Shown one piece after another: positions 57,600 to 64,000 of a stretch of DNA of 64,000 nt. Position 1 is the stretch's first letter; each line of letters begins with the position of its first letter. The position numbers were made by a program, and so were the translations under genes. The DNA is from Auanema rhodensis (Eukaryota; Animalia; Nematoda), in contig CAXKVF010000074.1 in assembly GCA_964057225.1 (NCBI GenBank), forward strand, positions 620,001 through 684,000. The letters are read 5' to 3'. The notes beneath the pieces were generated by a model. The model saw nothing but the letters and a program-made list of their open reading frames with translations. It searched no databases and was not told the origin of the DNA.

Positions 57600-60440
57600 T
57601 TTTTATTGATATTGGTTCATGGTAACCATGACTTTGAAATTTACGTGAACTTTAATTTATGCTAATTAAATGTACACGTGATGTGCACTTGGTATGTAAC
57701 TTGCTTCACGTGAAAGATAAAGAGATGCGGTTTTCAAAATTAGATTCCCCATGTCCATATTAGTCTAAAAACAAATTTTTATTGATATTGGTTCATGGTA
57801 ACCATGACTTTGAAATTTACGTGAACTTTAATTTATGCTAATTAAATGTACACGTGATGTGCACTTGGTATGTAACTCGCTTCACGTGAAAGATAAAGAG
57901 ATGCGGTTTTCAAAATTAGATTCCCCATGTCCATATTAGTCTAAAAACAAATTTTTATTGATATTGGTTCATGGTAACCATGACTTTGAAATTTACGTGA
58001 ACTTTAATTAATGCTAATTAAATGTACACGTGATGTGCACTTGGTATGTAACTCGCTTCACGTGAAAGATAAAGAGATGCGGTTTTCAAAATTAGATTCC
58101 CCATGTCCATATTAGTCTAAAAACAAATTTTTATTGATATTAGTTCATGGTAACCAAGACTTTGAAATATACGTGAACTTTAATTTATGCTAATTAAATG
58201 TACACGTGATGTGCACTTGGTATGTAACTCGCTTCACGTGAAAGATAAAGAGATGCGGTTTTCAAAATTAGATTCCCCATGTCCATAGTAGTCTAAAAAC
58301 AAATTTTTATTGATATTGGTTCATGGTAACCATGACTTTGAAATTTACGTGAACTTTAATTTATGCTAATTAAATGTACACGTGATGTGCACTTGGTATG
58401 TAACTCGCTTCACGTGAAAGATAAAGAGATGCGGTTTTCAAAATTAGATTCCCCATGTCCATATTAGTCTAAAAACAAATTTTTATTGATATTGGTTCAT
58501 GGTAACCATGACTTTGAAATTTACGTGAACTTTAATTAATGCTAATTAAATGTACACGTGATGTGCACTTGGTATGTAACTCGCTTCACGTGAAAGATAA
58601 AGAGATGCGGTTTTCAAAATTAGATTCCCCATGTCCATATTAGTCTAAAAACAAATTTTTATTGATATTAGTTCATGGTAACCAAGACTTTGAAATATAC
58701 GTGAACTTTAATTTATGCTAATTAAATGTACACGTGATGTGCACTTGGTATGTAACTCGCTTCACGTGAAAGATAAAGAGATGCGGTTTTCAAAATTAGA
58801 TTCCCCATGTCCATAGTAGTCTAAAAACAAATTTTTATTGATATTGGTTCATGGTAACCATGACTTTGAAATTTACGTGAACTTTAATTTATGCTAATTA
58901 AATGTACACGTGGTGTGCACTTGGTATGTAACTCGCTTCACGTGAAAGATAAAGAGATGCGGTTTTCAAAATTAGATTCCCCATGTCCATATTAGTCTAA
59001 AAACAAATTTTTATTGATATTGGTTCATGGTAACCATGACTTTGAAATTTACGTGAACTTTAATTTATGCTAATTAAATGTACACGTGATGTGCACTTGG
59101 TATGTAACTCGCTTCACGTGAAAGATAAAGAGATGTGGTTTTCAAAATTAGATTCCCCATGTCCATATTAGTCTAAAAACAAATTTTTATTGATATTGGT
59201 TCATGGTAACCATGACTTTGAAATTTACGTGAACTTTAATTTATGCTAATTAAATGTACACGTGATGTGCACTTGGTATGTAACTTGCTTCACGTGAAAG
59301 ATAAAGAGATGCGGTTTTCAAAATTAGATTCCCCATGTCCATATTAGTCTAAAAACAAATTTTTATTGATATTGGTTCATGGTAACCATGACTTTGAAAT
59401 TTACGTGAACTTTAATTTATGCTAATTAAATGTACACGTGATGTGCACTTGGTATGTAACTCGCTTCACGTGAAAGATAAAGAGATGCGGTTTTCAAAAT
59501 TAGATTCCCCATGTCCATATTAGTCTAAAAACAAATTTTTATTGATATTGGTTCATGGTAACCATGACTTTGAAATTTACGTGAACTTTAATTAATGCTA
59601 ATTAAATGTACACGTGATGTGCACTTGGTATGTAACTCGCTTCACGTGAAAGATAAAGAGATGCGGTTTTCAAAATTAGATTCCCCATGTCCATATTAGT
59701 CTAAAAACAAATTTTTATTGATATTAGTTCATGGTAACCAAGACTTTGAAATATACGTGAACTTTAATTTATGCTAATTAAATGTACACGTGATGTGCAC
59801 TTGGTATGTAACTCGCTTCACGTGAAAGATAAAGAGATGCGGTTTTCAAAATTAGATTCCCCATGTCCATAGTAGTCTAAAAACAAATTTTTATTGATAT
59901 TGGTTCATGGTAACCATGACTTTGAAATTTACGTGAACTTTAATTTATGCTAATTAAATGTACACGTGATGTGCACTTGGTATGTAACTCGCTTCACGTG
60001 AAAGATAAAGAGATGCGGTTTTCAAAATTAGATTCCCCATGTCCATATTAGTCTAAAAACAAATTTTTATTGATATTGGTTCATGGTAACCATGACTTTG
60101 AAATTTACGTGAACTTTAATTAATGCTAATTAAATGTACACGTGATGTGCACTTGGTATGTAACTCGCTTCACGTGAAAGATAAAGAGATGCGGTTTTCA
60201 AAATTAGATTCCCCATGTCCATATTAGTCTAAAAACAAATTTTTATTGATATTAGTTCATGGTAACCAAGACTTTGAAATATACGTGAACTTTAATTTAT
60301 GCTAATTAAATGTACACGTGATGTGCACTTGGTATGTAACTCGCTTCACGTGAAAGATAAAGAGATGCGGTTTTCAAAATTAGATTCCCCATGTCCATAG
60401 TAGTCTAAAAACAAATTTTTATTGATATTGGTTCATGGTA
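57600..60440. repeat. 9-mer (3+6) higher-order duplication
   Basis: A160 marker at 58142, 58670, 59726, 60254 (spacings 528, 1056, 528). T72 at 57702 and 59286 (1584 apart). Confidence 0.87.
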
Positions 60441-63400
60441 ACCATGACTTTGAATTTTACGTGAACTTTAATTTATGCTAATTAAATGTACACGTGATGT
60501 GCACTTGGTATGTAACTCGCTTCACGTGAAAGATAAAGAAATGCGGTTTTCAAAATTAGATTCCCCATGTCCATATTAGTCTAAAAACAAATTTTTATTG
60601 ATATTGGTTCATGGTAACCATGACTTTGAAATTTACGTGAACTTTAATTAATGCTAATTAAATGTACACGTGATGTGCACTTGGTATGTAACTCGCTTCA
60701 CGTGAAAGATAAAGAGATGCGGTTTTCAAAATTAGATTCCCCATGTCCATATTAGTCTAAAAACAAATTTTATTGATATTGGTTCATGGTAACCATGACT
60801 TTGAATTTTACGTGAACTTTAATTTATGCTAATTAAATGTACACGTGATGTGCACTTGGTATGTAACTCGCTTCACGTGAAAGATAAAGAGATGCGGTTT
60901 TCAAAATTAGATTCCCCATGTCCATATTAGTCTAAAAACAAATTTTTATTGGTATTGCTTCATGGTAACCATGACTTTGAAATTTACGTGAACTTTAATT
61001 TATGCTAATTAAATGTACACGTGATGTGCACTTGGTATGTAACTCGCTTCACGTGAAAGATAAAGAGATGCGGTTTTCAAAATTAGATTCCCCATGTCTA
61101 TATTAGTCTAAAAACAAATTTTTATTGATATTGGTGCATGGTAACCATGACTTTGAAATTTACGTGAACTTTAATTTATGCTAATTAAATGTACACGTGA
61201 TGTGCACTTGGTATGTAACTCGCTTCACGTGAAAGATAAAGAGATGCGGTTTTCAAAATTAGATTCCTCATGTCCATATTAGTCTAAAAACAAATTTTTA
61301 TTCATATTGGTTCATGGTAACCATGACTTTGAAATTTACGTGAACTTTAATTTATGCTAATTAAATGTACACGTGATGTGCACTTGGTATGTAACTCGCT
61401 TCACGTGAAAGATAAAGAGATGCGGTTTTCAAAATTAGATTCCCCATGTCCATATTAGTCTAAAAACAAATTTTTATTGATATTGGTTCATGGTAACCAT
61501 GACTTTGAAATTTACGTGAACTTTAATTTAAGCTAATTAAATGTACACGTGATGTGCACTTGGTATGTAACTCGCTTCACGTGAAAGATAAAGAGATGCG
61601 GTTTTCAAAATTAGATTCCCCATGTCCATATTAGTCTAAAAACAAATTTTTATTGATATTGCTTCATGGTAACCATGACTTTGAAATTTACGTGAACTTT
61701 AATTTATGCTAATTAAATGTACACGTGATGTGCACTTGGTATGTAACTCGCTTCACGTGAAAGATAAAGAGATGCGGTTTTCAAAATTAGATTCCCCATG
61801 TCCATATTAGTCTAAAAACAAATTTTTATTCATATTGGTTCATGGTAACCATGACTTTGAAATTTACGTGAACTTTAATTTATGCTAATTAAATGTACAC
61901 GTGATGTGCACTTGGTATGTAACTCGCTTCACGTGAAAGATAAAGAGATGCGGTTTTCAAAATTAGATTCCCCATGTCCATATTAGTCTAAAAACAAATT
62001 TTTATTCATATTGGTTCATGGTAACCATGACTTTGAAATTTACGTGAACTTTAATTTATGCTAATTAAATGTACACGTGATGTGCACTTGGTATGTAACT
62101 CGCTTCACGTGAAAGATAAAGAGATGCGGTTTTCAAAATTAGATTCCCCATGTCCATATTAGTCTAAAAACAAATTTTTATTGATATTGGTTCATGGTAA
62201 CCATGACTTTGAAATTTACGTGAACTTTAATTTAAGCTAATTAAATGTACACGTGATGTGCACTTGGTATGTAACTCGCTTCACGTGAAAGATAAAGAGA
62301 TGCGGTTTTCAAAATTAGATTCCCCATGTCCATATTAGTCTAAAAACAAATTTTTATTGATATTGCTTCATGGTAACCATGACTTTGAAATTTACGTGAA
62401 CTTTAATTTATGCTAATTAAATGTACACGTGATGTGCACTTGGTATGTAACTCGCTTCACGTGAAAGATAAAGAGATGCGGTTTTCAAAATTAGATTCCC
62501 CATGTCCATATTAGTCTAAAAACAAATTTTTATTGATATTGGTTCATGGTAACCATGACTTTGAAATTTACGTGAACTTTAATTTATGCTAATTAAATGT
62601 ACACGTGATGTGCACTTGGTATGTAACTCGCTTCACGTGAAAGATAAAGAGATGCGGTTTTCAAAATTAGATTCCCCATGTCCATATTAGTCTAAAAACA
62701 AATTTTTATTGATATTGGTGCATGGTAACCATGACTTTGAAATTTACGTGAACTTTAATTTATGCTAATTAAATGTACACGTGATGTGCACTTGGTATGT
62801 AACTCGCTTCACGTGAAAGATAAAGAGATGCGGTTTTCAAAATTAGATTCCCCATGTCCATATTAGTCTAAAAACAAATTTTTATTGATATTGGTGAATG
62901 GTAACCATGACTTTGAAATTTACGTGAACTTTAATTTATGCTAATTAAATGTACACGTGATGTGCACTTGGTATGTAACTCGCTTCACGTGAAAGATAAA
63001 GAGATGCGGTTTTCAAAATTAGATTCCTCATGTCCATATTAGTCTAAAAACAAATTTTTATTGATATTGGTTCATGGTAACCATGACTTTGAAATTTACG
63101 TGAACTTTAATTTATGCTAATTAAATGTACACGTGATGTGCACTTGGTATGTAACTCGCTTCACGTGAAAGATAAAGAGATGCGGTTTTCAAAATTAGAT
63201 TCCCCATGTCCATATTAGTCTAAAAACAAATTTTTATTGATATTGGTTCATGGTAACCATGACTTTGAAATTTACGTGAACTTTAATTTATGCTAATTAA
63301 ATGTACACGTGATGTGCACTTGGTATGTAACTCGCTTCACGTGAAAGATAAAGAGATGCGGTTTTCAAAATTAGATTCCCCATGTCCATATTAGTCTAAA

Positions 63401-64000
63401 AACAAATTTTTATTGATATTGGTTCATGGTAACCATGACTTTGAAATTTACGTGAACTTTAATTTATGCTAATTAAATGTACACGTGATGTGCACTTGGT
63501 ATGTAACTCGCTTCACGTGAAAGATAAAGAGATGCGGTTTTCAAAATTAGATTCCCCATGTCCATATTAGTCTAAAAACAAATTTTTATTGATATTGGTG
63601 CATGGTAACCATGACTTTGAAATTTACGTGAACTTTAATTTATGCTAATTAAATGTACACGTGATGTGCACTTGGTATGTAACTCGCTTCACGTGAAAGA
63701 TAAAGAGATGCGGTTTTCAAAATTAGATTCCCCATGTCCATATTAGTCTAAAAACAAATTTTTATTGATATTGGTTCATGGTAACCATGACTTTGAAATT
63801 TACGTGAACTTTAATTTATGCTAATTAAATGTACACGTGATGTGCACTTGGTATGTAACTCGCTTCACGTGAAAGATAAAGAGATGCGGTTTTCAAAATT
63901 AGATTCCCCATGTCCATATTAGTCTAAAAACAAATTTTTATTGATATTGGTGCATGGTAACCATGACTTTGAAATTTACGTGAACTTTAATTTATGCTAA

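Larger units (their letters stand above)
1..64000. repeat. 176-bp tandem satellite DNA array (363 full monomers + 35 bp), likely centromeric/pericentromeric
   Basis: ACTTTGAAATTTACGTG recurs at 1, 177, 353, ... 881, 2641 (period 176). The register is kept to the end (last partial copy starts at 63966) once a net +77 bp of indels is counted. No unique sequence and no orientation switch. The centromeric role is inferred from monomer size and homogeneity only. Confidence 0.99.

Noticed and set aside
1-64000. CRISPR array or other repeat-spacer system
   Set aside because: There are no unique spacers: sequence between the palindromes is as conserved as the palindromes. No cas or other genes.
1-64000. 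A single regular array-wide HOR or a code in the variant order
   Set aside because: Periods change every few kb and are explained by local duplications. No global period beyond 176 bp is visible by eye.

Overview
The whole 64 kb window is one uninterrupted head-to-tail array of a 176-bp AT-rich (~32% GC) satellite monomer: 363 complete copies plus 35 bp, all in the same orientation, mostly 0-4 differences from consensus. Consensus: ACTTTGAAATTTACGTGAACTTTAATTTATGCTAATTAAATGTACACGTGATGTGCACTTGGTATGTAACTCGCTTCACGTGAAAGATAAAGAGATGCGGTTTTCAAAATTAGATTCCCCATGTCCATATTAGTCTAAAAACAAATTTTTATTGATATTGGTKCATGGTAACCATG. I see no genes, RNA genes, transposon insertions, inversions or CRISPR spacers; the single 60-aa ORF results from one stop-codon substitution in one monomer. 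Monomer length and homogeneity suggest a eukaryotic centromeric or pericentromeric satellite (inference; I do not recognise the family or species). The information is at two scales. (1) The monomer is dense in palindromes and carries two CACGTG E-boxes plus a third ACGTGA core at 32-33 bp spacing. (2) Diagnostic variants show a mosaic of local, nested higher-order repeats (3-, 4-, 5-, 6-, 8-, 9-, 10-, 12-, 13-, 15-, 17-, 24- and 31-monomer offsets) organised into variant domains. There are rare 185-bp and 222-bp monomers, and a ~1.6 kb indel-dense stretch that is probably a consensus error. Variant positions (e.g. T163) are numbered along the consensus monomer and were read by eye. I cannot support a novel protein-coding system here.
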